Shown piece after piece: positions 35,901 through 44,855 of a stretch of DNA of 64,000 bases (position 1 is its first letter; every line of letters begins with the position of its first letter). A program made the position numbers and the translations under genes. Origin of the DNA: an uncultured virus (IMG/VR IMGVR_UViG_3300036406_001455) (taxonomy: Duplodnaviria > Heunggongvirae > Uroviricota > Caudoviricetes); the IMG/VR virus record IMGVR_UViG_3300036406_001455. The stretch is one strand, 5' to 3'. The notes below the pieces were generated by a model. The model had not been told where the DNA came from. It made no database searches and worked only from the letters and a program-made list of their open reading frames with translations.

Positions 35901-35993
35901 GGGGCCAAGCGGGCAGGCATCACAATGGCAGCCCTCGCGCCGAGGATCAAAGCCGTGAGGCGTCGGCTGGGAGACGTGTGTGGTGCTGAACAT
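32973..35993 (-). CDS. Family A DNA polymerase with N-terminal family-4 uracil-DNA-glycosylase-like domain and 3'-5' exonuclease
   Basis: UDG: CDACPL, AENPS..E...G.PFAGKSG, CQPP, LHPA. Exonuclease: YDYE, GHN...YD, YCIID. Polymerase: RLNSSGVNLQNVP, GDVDQFHLR, RSMAKVIRYQGAY, QTHDA. Confidence 0.93.
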   Translation of the reverse strand: MFSTTHVSQPTPHGFDPRREGCHCDACPLGPNGFLRDQTVPWTPVPDEFHAEDIAVAVAENPSTEEVKLGFPFAGKSGQEWNATLHAIGRRREHVAIVSTISCQPPGESGGAYKRMEREIKRENDRLKALAKIEGAAPETVHQWPTPAQCCLPRLQKGLQRFSNIITLGGSAAKAVFKTQQGVLAIRGGPIELPTSDPAVVRKCMPTLHPAFVLRAMQWRDVFQADLAKAFRWFENKRTWFEPYYEWYPTPARLREWLAQPARFVVYDYEASGKDPLTARVDCIGFARLVEPPRTQRCEKCQGSGLRVLDFLPGNGWVPTGPDRQHLPCACCDGKGVRTVDVDTLLVPIESREDRNRHFYNQPEEEEVKQILREWFTRGDVWKVGHNTFGYDDQLTEAWLGVRPWPEMDTLPMARARAPDLPKGLGPLGSILTDVFAWKADKDGVKIAFHASSDPQLHYYCIIDCAVNAKILDPLYKIATEKGYFRPLPPALKPVSWPTYHPWTLSGVDAYRQEMCRHFHRAGLYVDQVKRQKHEARLDVEAAKYKFAARKYAHALGVTGKVTASAKTGDVSKIEMFNPGSRLQIAQIFFKEWGLIPTKFSEETGEASVDDEVMRGILTDGTVGGDRKAFVDAIRRYNRARKAKATFCVPLRMQRTDPEYGLVWDDGRMHNFTSSIITSVARLNSSGVNLQNVPVRFRDQYAAQPIYDISDSRYPGRIMIGGDVDQFHLRIIANRWRVGRLLEGFKNGVDPHCALAYDFFGSKFKHASGWGPNGFSLLQKDKPKKDSDADKMRSMAKVIRYQGAYADIAEGIWRSVVKVENKDTGDMPFAHMTVREVTKLYNIWMRNEPEWERAWNKVMNTFTANGGWIEEAVFGRRSGGLDNGKLQAVVNYDILAEEAPLFSLIECNLRTAFPENFEGAGTGLVSQTHDAANGEMLGAAWEEDRGGKVVVVCDAQTERRRQLWEECMTIPSGTLPGWEVAITAEAKVGPVRRVDGTKCLSNWKEA

Positions 35994-37039
35994 CAGAACG
36001 GCGACTCCGTGTACAACGCTTCACGCACCACCATCAAAATGCGACCCAACTCGTTGCGCTTTTCCGCAGGGGCGCACTGCGCACACGCGCACGCTCCCCA
36101 GAAGTTGTCGTGCACCATGTTTCCGTAAAGCAGCTCGGCGGTGCCCGTGTATTTCAACTTGTGGCCTATCTCTGGCGTACGGTGGAACTTGTCGTACACG
36201 AGCGCTTGCATGAATGGTACTTGCACCTGTGGCCAGTCGAGGCGCTCCGGAAGGCTCTCGCCCAGCCGTGTGGCGTCCTCGGGCGCGCCTACCAAGAAGG
36301 CGCCCCAGGTAGATTGCGGGCCTTTCATCGCTTGGTACGCATGCTCCACGGATGGGAACACCGTGTCGTAGATGCCGACCGGCGTCGGGAACGCGTTGCT
36401 CAGGAAGCGGTGATGCCCGCCGAAAAACCGAATAGCGTCCGGCACGAGCGTGAGGGCAGGAGCTTGCACAGCCGGCGCGGCGCCGGGAGGCAGCGCCACC
36501 GGCGCCGTAGCCTGGGTCTTTGGGCGGGCGCCCATAAGAATCTCGACGGCTACAGCAGCTGCCGTCTGCGCGTCGGAAAGCGCACGATGCGCAGGCAGGA
36601 AAGGCGGAATGCCGCAGCGTTCCGCAGCGTCGCGTAGCTTGAGGCTTTTGACATCGAAGTGCTTCCGCGCGGCCTGCATGATGCACGTGTCCCACGGCGG
36701 TAGTTGGAAGCCGGCGCGTGCACAGTGTGTCCGGTCGAATGGCGCGTTGTACGCCGTCGTCTTGATGCCTGGCAGGTTTAGCCGGCGCAACCACGCATGA
36801 AGCGCTTCGGCAACTTCAGCGGTGCTCGGTGCGGCTTCAATCACGTCTCGCGTGATGTGGTTGATGGCCAGCCCGGCGTCGGCGCGGTGATCCAACAAGT
36901 CCGGGCGCACCATGGACGTGAAAGCCCCCACCGCACGGCCCTCGCTGTTTACGGCCACCGCAGCAATCTCCACGATGCGCGCCCAATCTTCGAGCAGCCC
37001 CGTGGTTTCGGTGTCGACAATCAACAGCGGCAGGCGCAA
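35993..37039 (-). CDS. DEDDh (DnaQ-like) exonuclease fused to a NADAR domain
   Basis: VDTETTG, YNAPFD, HRALSDA; then FLSNAF, SVEHAYQAMK, DNFWG and NELGRILM..R; TTG start after AAGGA. Confidence 0.9.
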   Translation of the reverse strand: MRLPLLIVDTETTGLLEDWARIVEIAAVAVNSEGRAVGAFTSMVRPDLLDHRADAGLAINHITRDVIEAAPSTAEVAEALHAWLRRLNLPGIKTTAYNAPFDRTHCARAGFQLPPWDTCIMQAARKHFDVKSLKLRDAAERCGIPPFLPAHRALSDAQTAAAVAVEILMGARPKTQATAPVALPPGAAPAVQAPALTLVPDAIRFFGGHHRFLSNAFPTPVGIYDTVFPSVEHAYQAMKGPQSTWGAFLVGAPEDATRLGESLPERLDWPQVQVPFMQALVYDKFHRTPEIGHKLKYTGTAELLYGNMVHDNFWGACACAQCAPAEKRNELGRILMVVREALYTESPF

Positions 37040-37158
37040 GGAGTATCCTTTGTAAATGATCCACAGAACCCAACCGCCACCTGTCGCCAAGCGAGGGGAG
37101 CAGCCATGCGGCCACTCCCCCCGTGGGCGTCAAGAGGTGCGACCCTCCGAAGACCTCC

Positions 37159-37857
37159 CTACGCCATCGGGGGCGGACCCGCGGGCGCGACAGGCACCGC
37201 GGCGGGCGGCGCCGAGAAGGTGGGCGGGGCTGCGAAGCCGGGGGGAGCGGCGAAGGCGGGCGGCGCCGAGAAGCCCGGCGCGGCGGGCGGGCCGCCGACA
37301 ACCGGCGGGCCCGGGGGCGGGGTGAAGGCCGCCGCCACGTTGTGCGGCGTGGTGTCCGCCGGAGCGACGCCGCGCGAAAGGCCCGCGCGGGAGGGCTTCT
37401 CGTTCAGCGAGACCTTCGCCGCGAACACGGCCGGCGTGACCCACTCCACGAAGTCGCCGTAGCTGCCCTGGACGCCCTTCTCACCCGCGCACCAGCCGAA
37501 GTGCAGCACGCGCTTGGTGGTCTCGTAGAGGAACCATTCGGCCGTGATGACGCCACCCTCGATCTGCGCATCGGTGTACCCGAGCGAAGCGAGGAGGGAA
37601 CGGATGGCGGCGATGCGGCCGCGCTGGCGCTTCTTCTCGTCGTCGGTGCCGTTCGCGAGCAGGTTCATGTCCGGGAAGTTGATGAACGTGAACTTCTCGA
37701 AGGTCGCGCCCTCGAACTGGACCGTCAGCTGCGCCGAGTCGGTCTTCTTCGTGCTCTCGACCTTGACGATGCGGCCCGTGTAGTAGTTGTCTTCGGGCTC
37801 GGAGCCCCCGAACGGGCTGATGCCCACGAATGCCGTTCCTGCGATGCTGAAGTTCAT
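37159..37857 (-). CDS. Probable ssDNA-binding protein with a Pro/Ala repeat tail
   Basis: OB-like Y.GRIVKVE segment; directly downstream of the Sak4-like gene; very high GC3; F(S/A)APP repeats. Confidence 0.55.
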   Translation of the reverse strand: MNFSIAGTAFVGISPFGGSEPEDNYYTGRIVKVESTKKTDSAQLTVQFEGATFEKFTFINFPDMNLLANGTDDEKKRQRGRIAAIRSLLASLGYTDAQIEGGVITAEWFLYETTKRVLHFGWCAGEKGVQGSYGDFVEWVTPAVFAAKVSLNEKPSRAGLSRGVAPADTTPHNVAAAFTPPPGPPVVGGPPAAPGFSAPPAFAAPPGFAAPPTFSAPPAAVPVAPAGPPPMA

Positions 37858-37937
37858 GACAGTTGCCTTTGGTTGGAGGATTGCAGCCACGATCTGTTTC
37901 CTGTCGTGGGATCAGGGGCGGTTACCCGCCAATCGAA

Positions 37938-38945
37938 TCAAGACGTAGCGTCACCCGGCGGGGGCGGTGGCGCCGATGCCGGGGCGTTGTTTGCCGCCGC
38001 TTGCATGGCGCGGCCGAGGAAGCCCCCGCTGCGCTGTAGCCGAAGGTTCTCGCGGGCGATGCCGTCCTGCACGGCCCACAGTACGTGGCGCTCTCCGGGG
38101 GAGTCCACGTCGGCGTAGCCATTCTTGCGGAAGTGCTCGAACACTTCGGTGGCTGCAGCGAGTGGCGTCTTCCCCCCGCGAACCATGTCCGCGGTGTGCG
38201 TGGCCCACTGTTCCTGCCACTCCAGCCCGGGGTAGCGGGGCAGCACGAAACGCCCCTGCGACGCCCGCAGGATCTCGCGCAGATTGGCCGGCGTTGCAGC
38301 CGAGCAGACGTTGAAGCGGTCGCCGGTGATCCAGTTGGTGTCCGTTGGGTCCACGAAGAGCGACCCCTTCCAGAACGGGTCGAGGAGCGACTTGTCGGAC
38401 CCCATGCGTGCCACAAGGTCGGCCCACCCCGGGACGGCCTGCACCTGGTTGGCAGATGGCACTTCCGGGGCGCCGCGCCGCTGCTTCTCGCCGTCTGGCT
38501 TCGTCTCGTGGGCCGAAAGTCCCGCAGGGATGCCCAGCTCGCGCAGCAGGTTGGCTACCGTGTCCAGGTGGCGGTCCAGTTGCCCGTACTTGTAGAACGC
38601 GTCGCGGCCGCGCTTGACCGAGACGGGGGCTTCCGCGTCCCAACGGAGCATGGAGATGTTGCACAGGTGTGAGAAATCGTCCACGTAGATGGAGCCGTAG
38701 GGCGCCACGTGTGCAGGGTTCGCGCGCAGGTACTGAAGGAACTCCACCAGCTTGGTCAGGTCGGTTACGTTCTCTTGCACCCAGGCGGGCTTTACCCCAC
38801 AGGTGTTCAGCGCCACCAAGTCAATGGCGGAACGGACACCGATGCAAATGGCGTTGGGAAAAGCGCGAAGGAAGAGGCTAGTCTTGCCAACCTTCGGGTT
38901 TGCGTACACAAGTAGCAACAACCCGGGTAGGGTGATATCGGCCAT
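37938..38945 (-). CDS. Sak4-like (AAA_24) single-strand annealing ATPase
   Basis: LVYANPKVGKTS, IYVDDFS, SAHE and WADLVARM. Confidence 0.78.
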   Translation of the reverse strand: MADITLPGLLLLVYANPKVGKTSLFLRAFPNAICIGVRSAIDLVALNTCGVKPAWVQENVTDLTKLVEFLQYLRANPAHVAPYGSIYVDDFSHLCNISMLRWDAEAPVSVKRGRDAFYKYGQLDRHLDTVANLLRELGIPAGLSAHETKPDGEKQRRGAPEVPSANQVQAVPGWADLVARMGSDKSLLDPFWKGSLFVDPTDTNWITGDRFNVCSAATPANLREILRASQGRFVLPRYPGLEWQEQWATHTADMVRGGKTPLAAATEVFEHFRKNGYADVDSPGERHVLWAVQDGIARENLRLQRSGGFLGRAMQAAANNAPASAPPPPPGDATS

Positions 38946-38993
38946 CTTCCGTCTCGCTCTGGTTCAACCCCTTAGCCCGCGCTCCTTCCGGCG

Positions 38994-39581
38994 TCAATGC
39001 CGGGTTACCATTCCGCGGGGGTTTTCTTTCAGCTTGCGGATCAAGAGTTGCGTCTGGTTGCCGAGGTCTTCGAGCGTACCACTGTTCTCGATCACGAAAT
39101 CTTCGGCGATAGCGGCCAACTCCACTTCGGATGCGTGCTGCGCAGCGGCACCCCCCAAGTCCCACCCAGGCCGTACAACTCGTACAATACAACCCCCGCG
39201 CTCCCGGATCGCTGCGGCTTCATTGGGGAACCGAACGTCCGCGACCACCCAGCCCGTAGGCGACGCGCCCGCGCTTTCGCGTGCGGGAATATCCACATCA
39301 AGCAACGAGCGTATCCACGTGTCCGGGTGAATACTTCGCCCAACCTCCGTGCCGAGTTGCTGAAGGATGAACCGCGGGCTGAGGCCCCATCGAGGGTCCA
39401 CCTCCTCCTTGGCCGCGAGGCTGCCGTGAACCTGCTCGTGGCTGAGCCCATACACCAGGCTCGCGGCTTCCTTTAGCCGATCCGCGAAGGCCACCCGCGT
39501 GTACCCGTGCAACATCGTCATGAAGCTGGCCACGGCATCCTTGCCCGAGCCCCGAGTCCCTGTCAGACCTACGATACGCAT
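38994..39581 (-). CDS. Deoxynucleoside monophosphate kinase
   Basis: GTRGSGKD, FADRLK, PRFILQQLGTEVGR, DVRFPNE and HASE. Confidence 0.93.
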   Translation of the reverse strand: MRIVGLTGTRGSGKDAVASFMTMLHGYTRVAFADRLKEAASLVYGLSHEQVHGSLAAKEEVDPRWGLSPRFILQQLGTEVGRSIHPDTWIRSLLDVDIPARESAGASPTGWVVADVRFPNEAAAIRERGGCIVRVVRPGWDLGGAAAQHASEVELAAIAEDFVIENSGTLEDLGNQTQLLIRKLKENPRGMVTRH

Positions 39582-39589
39582 CGCTGCTC

Positions 39590-40801
39590 CTACATGCTCA
39601 TACGACGCGCCGGGCTAACCCCCTGCGCCTTGTCTGCTACCACGTCGGCCAGCATGGTTGGCCCCCGGATGATGGTGTCGATGTTCTTGGCGTCGGCCAG
39701 GCGCTGGGCGTCGGCTTTGGTCAGTGGGTTCATGGCGTGGCGTACAAGCAGCCGCCCGTTGCGCAGCAGCGCGGGGTCGATGCGGTCGATGGCCACGTTG
39801 AAGGTCAACACCACTTGGACGTGCGCCACATCGTTCAGGAGCCCGTCGGTCAGGTTCAGCAACGTGCTGGCCGCCGGACCGCGCCCGCGGCTGTCGGGCG
39901 TGACCACATCCTCCGCGTCCTCCACAACGAGCACCGTCGGCGTCTGGCTCATCTCCAGCAGCAGGTCCATGAACTCTGGCTCACCAACCGCCCCCAGCAA
40001 CGCCCGAGGGATCAACCCCACGCGCTTGTGCTTTGCCAGCCTGTTGCACAGGTGCCGAATGTAGGTGGTCTTGCCGCCTCCGGGCGGGCCGTGTATCAGC
40101 ACCACGCCCTTGCTCTTTCCCCGCAGAGCGCGCACGATGTCGCGGTCTACTTCCGTGAACCCGCTGCCGTAGTAGAGGTCCAGGTTGCGCAGCTGGGGCT
40201 GCTTCATGGGCAGCTGCACCCACTCCAGCCGGCCATGGTTCTGCCGCAGCATGGACAAGGCCGGAGGCGCGGCCGTCGCAGCCTGCGCCCTGAACGCAAG
40301 GATGTGTTGCACCGCGGCAGAGTCGAGCACCCGTTCCGGCGGGCCGTACACCTTGAGGTAGCACTCCTCGGCCTGCGGCCCGTGGCGCGCGACGATCAAA
40401 GAGTAGACGAACGGTGCGACATGCAGGTAGATTTCGCCCGCAGCCGTGTAGTGCCAGATGGTAGCGTGACGGCACAGCTCGACAGCAACAGCCTGCGTCA
40501 CGTGATACCCAACGCCCGAGTAGTGGTCGATCGGACCCCAATCCGCAACCCCGAGGTCGACCGCGGCAAACAGCAGCCGCGCGCTCTCGGTCGCCGTAGC
40601 GGCTGCGGCACGACCCGCGGTCAGTGCGGCTTCGCTCGTGCGCCGTGCGCCCAACGTGGCGAACCCTGCGCCCGCGGCTCGTAGCCGGAGCAGCATCTGG
40701 TGCGACTCGGACGCCGACGCCGCGTGGGGCCATCGACGAAGCATTTCAGCGTTGACGGCGGCCAAGCGCTGCTCAAGCTCCGACAAGCTACTTTCGTCCA
40801 T
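39590..40801 (-). CDS. AAA+ ATPase
   Basis: HGPPGGGKTT, VVEDAE, LLNLTDG and IDPALLRNGR. Confidence 0.88.
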   Translation of the reverse strand: MDESSLSELEQRLAAVNAEMLRRWPHAASASESHQMLLRLRAAGAGFATLGARRTSEAALTAGRAAAATATESARLLFAAVDLGVADWGPIDHYSGVGYHVTQAVAVELCRHATIWHYTAAGEIYLHVAPFVYSLIVARHGPQAEECYLKVYGPPERVLDSAAVQHILAFRAQAATAAPPALSMLRQNHGRLEWVQLPMKQPQLRNLDLYYGSGFTEVDRDIVRALRGKSKGVVLIHGPPGGGKTTYIRHLCNRLAKHKRVGLIPRALLGAVGEPEFMDLLLEMSQTPTVLVVEDAEDVVTPDSRGRGPAASTLLNLTDGLLNDVAHVQVVLTFNVAIDRIDPALLRNGRLLVRHAMNPLTKADAQRLADAKNIDTIIRGPTMLADVVADKAQGVSPARRMSM

Positions 40802-41036
40802 TGCTTCTCCGAATGCCTGCAACCGTTTCAAGCGCGGCTGAGGCGAACAACCGCCCCAAGGGGTGCATCTGTGCCGCAGCCCGAGACAACACTTCAGGAG
40901 GCGTTTGCGTGTAAGCCACAACATCGCCGGTTGGTGTCTGGATCGTCACGCGCACCCACCCATTCTCCTTGTGGCGCTCCGCGTGGTTCACCGCCCAGCC
41001 GGTCGTGTCTACCGGTTCTTCCACGTGCCCCTCCAC
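40788..41036 (-). CDS. Hypothetical protein
   Basis: Fits operon packing. Confidence 0.5.
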   Translation of the reverse strand: MEGHVEEPVDTTGWAVNHAERHKENGWVRVTIQTPTGDVVAYTQTPPEVLSRAAAQMHPLGRLFASAALETVAGIRRSNGRK

Positions 41037-41224
41037 TCGTAGCGCGCATCATGCTGCTTCAACTCGGACTTCAGCGCCGCCATCAGGCGTTCCGCGGTTT
41101 CCAGCGGCACCTCCAGGCACGCCGAGAGCTGGATGACCGTCATCCCGGCAACGCCGTTGCGCTGTATCGCACGGCGCGCCTGCGCGACCAGTCCCACCCA
41201 CGGATCGTCGTCGCCGAAACTCAT
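41009..41224 (-). CDS. Small HTH-like protein
   Basis: TVIQLSACLEVPLETAERLM. Confidence 0.5.
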   Translation of the reverse strand: MSFGDDDPWVGLVAQARRAIQRNGVAGMTVIQLSACLEVPLETAERLMAALKSELKQHDARYEWRGTWKNR

Positions 41225-41820
41225 GCGCCCTCCCTGAACTTTCTGATGATCGCACCGTAGACGCCTTCGGGGGGCAACACCCAAGCCAGCTCCCCGGCGC
41301 GGCCCGCAATCGAGCCCCCGTAGATTGCGGCGCAGAACACCACACGGTCGTCCGCATCGCTGTGATCTGGCGGCAACTCGCCGGCCCGCGGGTCGTCGGG
41401 CGCCAGCCACGGAACGAGCGCGGGCCCGACGCAGCACGCTGCGGGCGGGCAGCCATATACCTCCGAAACGTCGTTGTCGCAGCTCGCGCAGTGCCAACTC
41501 CACCGGTGGGTGATTGGCGGCGTCACGTCTTGGATCAGCTTCTCTCGCTTCCTGCCGGCCCCCATGCAGGCCAACGTGTCGCGATAGCGCTCCAGCCCAT
41601 CTCCCGTGGGCTCCTGGCGCCCGGCGTAGTGGCGGTGAAGTCCCGGTGTCAGGTCAGCAACCCCGCGCCATAGCTTCTGCTCGGCTTCGCGTTCCGACAT
41701 CCTCGTGCGGAAGTGCAGCAGCACCGCGCGCTCCGTGGCGTTGATCCACGTAGGACTGTCCGTGATCGAAGAGAACACACCAAACAGCCCGTTGGGTTGA
41801 CGAAACACGCTCTCCGCCAT
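41221..41820 (-). CDS. Hypothetical protein
   Basis: RQPNGLFGVFSSITD.PT..NAT; coupled. Confidence 0.7.
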   Translation of the reverse strand: MAESVFRQPNGLFGVFSSITDSPTWINATERAVLLHFRTRMSEREAEQKLWRGVADLTPGLHRHYAGRQEPTGDGLERYRDTLACMGAGRKREKLIQDVTPPITHRWSWHCASCDNDVSEVYGCPPAACCVGPALVPWLAPDDPRAGELPPDHSDADDRVVFCAAIYGGSIAGRAGELAWVLPPEGVYGAIIRKFREGA

Positions 41821-42236
41821 CACCCACCTACCTTGACGCGCCACGCGGAAATCTGCGCATCGCCAGGAACATCCTCGCGGCCCCACCACCTGCGACCGTG
41901 GCGAATGCGCCCCTCAAGTATCGGACCGTCGCCCGCTTCATTGAAGCACGTTGCGCTCTCGACATACCACGCCTGACGCGCCCCGCGGCGAACCACAACG
42001 GGGTGGCCCATCACATCGCGCGCGCGGATGGCCGCGCTATCCAAGGTGTGCGCCTCGATGTGTTCCAGCCGAAGGAGCATGCGGCGCAACGCGGCTTCTT
42101 GATCCGCGGCTACCGCGTGCATCTCCGCTACGCGGAGCGCCGCTTCGATGTCAACCACCAACTCGCGGCACTCCGCGATCGTAAACGGTAAGTTGTCGAT
42201 CAGAACGTGCGAACCAATGGTCGAGACATCAGGCAT
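41820..42236 (-). CDS. Hypothetical protein
   Basis: Coupled ORF. Confidence 0.6.
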   Translation of the reverse strand: MPDVSTIGSHVLIDNLPFTIAECRELVVDIEAALRVAEMHAVAADQEAALRRMLLRLEHIEAHTLDSAAIRARDVMGHPVVVRRGARQAWYVESATCFNEAGDGPILEGRIRHGRRWWGREDVPGDAQISAWRVKVGG

Positions 42237-42573
42237 TGCGGTTCCTTGGCACAGTCAACTCGGGCAGCAGCAGATGGACGATGGCAGCAACACGCGAAGG
42301 CCACGCGGCGTCCGTAGGCTCCACGTAGAGCCGCGCCAGCACGTTAGCTCCGCGCTGTACGACTACGTGCAGAACCTCGGCGGTAAGGCGCAAAGCGACT
42401 TTGCAATCCGGAGGTGAGACATCACGCGGCATGACGGTTATGCAACCCAGCGTGTAGCCCCGCTCCGACTTGTGGAACACGTAGACAGACGGGGCCAGCG
42501 GATCTGCGGCCACAAGCGCCGCGTGTAGCGGCGCCTTGCCGATGCCAACCGCGCCTTCGATCCAAAGGGTCAC
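42229..42573 (-). CDS. Hypothetical protein
   Basis: GTGA-coupled start. Confidence 0.55.
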   Translation of the reverse strand: MTLWIEGAVGIGKAPLHAALVAADPLAPSVYVFHKSERGYTLGCITVMPRDVSPPDCKVALRLTAEVLHVVVQRGANVLARLYVEPTDAAWPSRVAAIVHLLLPELTVPRNRNA

Positions 42574-42824
42574 TTCGCCTCCCACGGCACTTGGAGAAGT
42601 TGGCGCAAAGCCCCCAACCCGGCAGCGTCTGATGCTTGGCAAAATAGCACGTGCTGCTCCCTCGAAGAGCGCTCATGCGTAAATACCGTGCGCGCAAACT
42701 GCCGCAAAAACTCTACTTCATCCGTAGTCAGGAAGACCCGCCGACACTCGCCTCCGTCACCCACGATAGGAAACGTCTGGCACCGCATGCAAATGCCCCC
42801 ATCGCCGACCTGATGGGCGATCAT
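42570..42824 (-). CDS. Hypothetical protein
   Basis: ATGA-coupled start. Confidence 0.55.
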   Translation of the reverse strand: MIAHQVGDGGICMRCQTFPIVGDGGECRRVFLTTDEVEFLRQFARTVFTHERSSREQHVLFCQASDAAGLGALRQLLQVPWEAK

Positions 42825-43075
42825 AGACGCTCCCACTGCCGAGCCGCCTTGTTGTAGCGAATCAGCCCCACGCGCTTCAACAGCGTGGCGGCCCGATCCG
42901 CAGGGCGGTACGTCATCTTCTCGCAGTCTACCGCGCGGCACATGGCGGGTACATCGGGGATAGCGGCGTAGAACGCGCAAACTTGATCTGCGGTCAGCTC
43001 GCGGCCGCCGCCCTTGGCATCCGTTGTCGCCCAAGGCCCGCGGCTGCACAACGTCGCCAGCACGGCGCGCTTCAT
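42821..43075 (-). CDS. Small winged-helix-like protein
   Basis: DRAATLLKRVGLIRYN..ARQW. Confidence 0.6.
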   Translation of the reverse strand: MKRAVLATLCSRGPWATTDAKGGGRELTADQVCAFYAAIPDVPAMCRAVDCEKMTYRPADRAATLLKRVGLIRYNKAARQWERL

Positions 43076-43079
43076 GCCG

Positions 43080-43997
43080 TCACCCATTGACCACCCGCAT
43101 CATGAACGCGTCCAGCTCCCGCTGCGATAGGCCGGGAAGCAGCTTGGCCAAGTACGCGCCAGCGTCGAACGTCTCGCCCTCGCCCCGCGCCTTCTCCTCT
43201 TCGTCCCCGAGCCAGCCTCGGACCATGCTGGCCGTCGCGCGCGCCTCTGGCCCGCTGAGCACCCACGCGTCCAGGCGGTAGTCCACGAAGGCTTCCCACA
43301 CGTTCGGCAGCCAGACTTCCACGATGCGCGCGATGGCTTCCGCGTACAGCCGGATTTCAAGCTGCGCGTGCTCATCGAGGCGCAGCGACAGGAAGTGCAA
43401 CAGGTTGCCCACGTCGATCTTCCAGTAGGCTTCGGTGTAGGTGGAGAGCGGCAAGTCTTTGCGCGCCTGCTCCTTTGCAACCCCGAAGGCCAAGCGCTCC
43501 TTGTAGAGCGCCTGCGCCGCGTGCTGAAACTCACACTCTCGTTGCGAGAGGTAGCCCCCAGGCCCGTCTGAACGGCCGTCCGCGCAGTAGCCAGGGGGCC
43601 AATCCGTCACCAATCCGCCACTGCCTTGGCGGTTGACTGCCGCCTGCTTGCGCCACGCATCGGCGGCCGTCTGCGCCATCGCGTCGACAGCCTCGCTGTA
43701 CCTTGTGCTGTACTCGTTGACGTTTGCGGTGCGATGTCTGATCCATTGGCGCCACGCGTCCATGGGCACCCGCACGTGCAAGGTGATCTCCGCGAACTCG
43801 AAGGGCGTGGTGTGCCGATGACGCATCAGATAGCGCAAAAGCGCCCGATCCTCCTTTGCTCCCTTGATACCGCTGCCGGACGTGACCCGGGCCGCTTGCA
43901 GGATGCTGGACTCCCCGCCATAGACGCTCACGAGCCGAACGAAGCCCTGGTCAAGCACCGTGGTCGGCTCGGTGAAGGGCAACATCTCCGGGTTCAT
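43080..43997 (-). CDS. thyX: Flavin-dependent thymidylate synthase
   Basis: AARVTS, HTTPFE, RQWIRHRTANVNEYSTRY, EQARKDLP, FLSLR and HAQLEIR. Confidence 0.96.
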   Translation of the reverse strand: MNPEMLPFTEPTTVLDQGFVRLVSVYGGESSILQAARVTSGSGIKGAKEDRALLRYLMRHRHTTPFEFAEITLHVRVPMDAWRQWIRHRTANVNEYSTRYSEAVDAMAQTAADAWRKQAAVNRQGSGGLVTDWPPGYCADGRSDGPGGYLSQRECEFQHAAQALYKERLAFGVAKEQARKDLPLSTYTEAYWKIDVGNLLHFLSLRLDEHAQLEIRLYAEAIARIVEVWLPNVWEAFVDYRLDAWVLSGPEARATASMVRGWLGDEEEKARGEGETFDAGAYLAKLLPGLSQRELDAFMMRVVNG

Positions 43998-44263
43998 GGC
44001 ATCTCCACGATAGGCGCTACGCGATTGCGCAGTTTGTCAAGCTGCCGTTGTAATGATGCGATCTTCTTGACGCGTATCGCCTCAGCTGCGGTCTTGGCGT
44101 CTTCCAGGCTTTCGAACCACCGCCCGGAATAGACCCATGTGTACCCGCTGCGGAATGCGCCGTGGTTTACCACGCCCTTGCGGAACACTTGGATGCCGGC
44201 GGTCAACGCATACGTCACCACGTACACAGGGCGCTCGGGCGTTACGTCGAAGCTGACAGGCAT
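43994..44263 (-). CDS. Hypothetical protein
   Basis: YALTAGI motif; TAGGGT 6 nt before the ATG. Confidence 0.7.
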   Translation of the reverse strand: MPVSFDVTPERPVYVVTYALTAGIQVFRKGVVNHGAFRSGYTWVYSGRWFESLEDAKTAAEAIRVKKIASLQRQLDKLRNRVAPIVEMP

Positions 44264-44272
44264 GCCTGCACC

Positions 44273-44653
44273 CTAACCGATTGCCGGGTTACCGGCCACG
44301 CGCACCACGCTGTTTTCCATCGCGTCCTGAATCGTGCGCTCCAGCAAGTCGTACGGCACGCGAGTAGCGCTCTTGTCCTCGATCCAACCCGCGACTTGCA
44401 GGTGCTCAGCCCACGTCTCTGCGATGCGCCACAACGTGCGCGGCCGTACATTCAAGGCGCGAGCGACCAGCCATATCTGCTGTATCGTGATCTCGGTACG
44501 CCCATGTTCGAGCGACGCGTACTGCTCTCGGGTGACGCCCAAGTGCGCCGCCACAGCAGCCCCGTGCACGCCGACGCGCTTGCGCTCCTTGCGGATCACA
44601 AGGCACAACACGGCGCTGAACCGGAAACGTTGTGCTTGGGTGTCACTGCTCAT
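44273..44653 (-). CDS. XRE-family HTH transcriptional regulator
   Basis: IRKERKRVG....VAAHLGVTREQYASLEHG....T......VARAL. Confidence 0.8.
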   Translation of the reverse strand: MSSDTQAQRFRFSAVLCLVIRKERKRVGVHGAAVAAHLGVTREQYASLEHGRTEITIQQIWLVARALNVRPRTLWRIAETWAEHLQVAGWIEDKSATRVPYDLLERTIQDAMENSVVRVAGNPAIG

Positions 44654-44852
44654 AGAGGACGGTCACTTCGGGGTCTTCCTTCAGCGCGGGGATCGCCAAC
44701 TCAACCACTACACGAGTCACCGTGGCAGGGTCGATTCCGTCACGGGCGCAGAACGGCCGCCAATCCGCACCCGCGAGCAGCTGCGCCTGGTCCTTTTCAT
44801 CAATGGCCACAGGTGCGCATGGATCTTTTGGGTGCTTTACATACATGAACAT
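44643..44852 (-). CDS. Hypothetical protein
   Basis: Fits operon packing. Confidence 0.55.
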   Translation of the reverse strand: MFMYVKHPKDPCAPVAIDEKDQAQLLAGADWRPFCARDGIDPATVTRVVVELAIPALKEDPEVTVLYEQ

Positions 44853-44855
44853 GCG

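Noticed and set aside
21270..35993. Inteins or introns as the source of the enzyme insertions
   Set aside because: The inserts are short and in-frame, with no C/S...HN splice motifs or LAGLIDADG/HNH signatures.
37190..37330. GC-rich DNA repeats as a non-coding repeat element
   Set aside because: Fully explained by the Pro/Ala/Phe repeat tail of the coding sequence.
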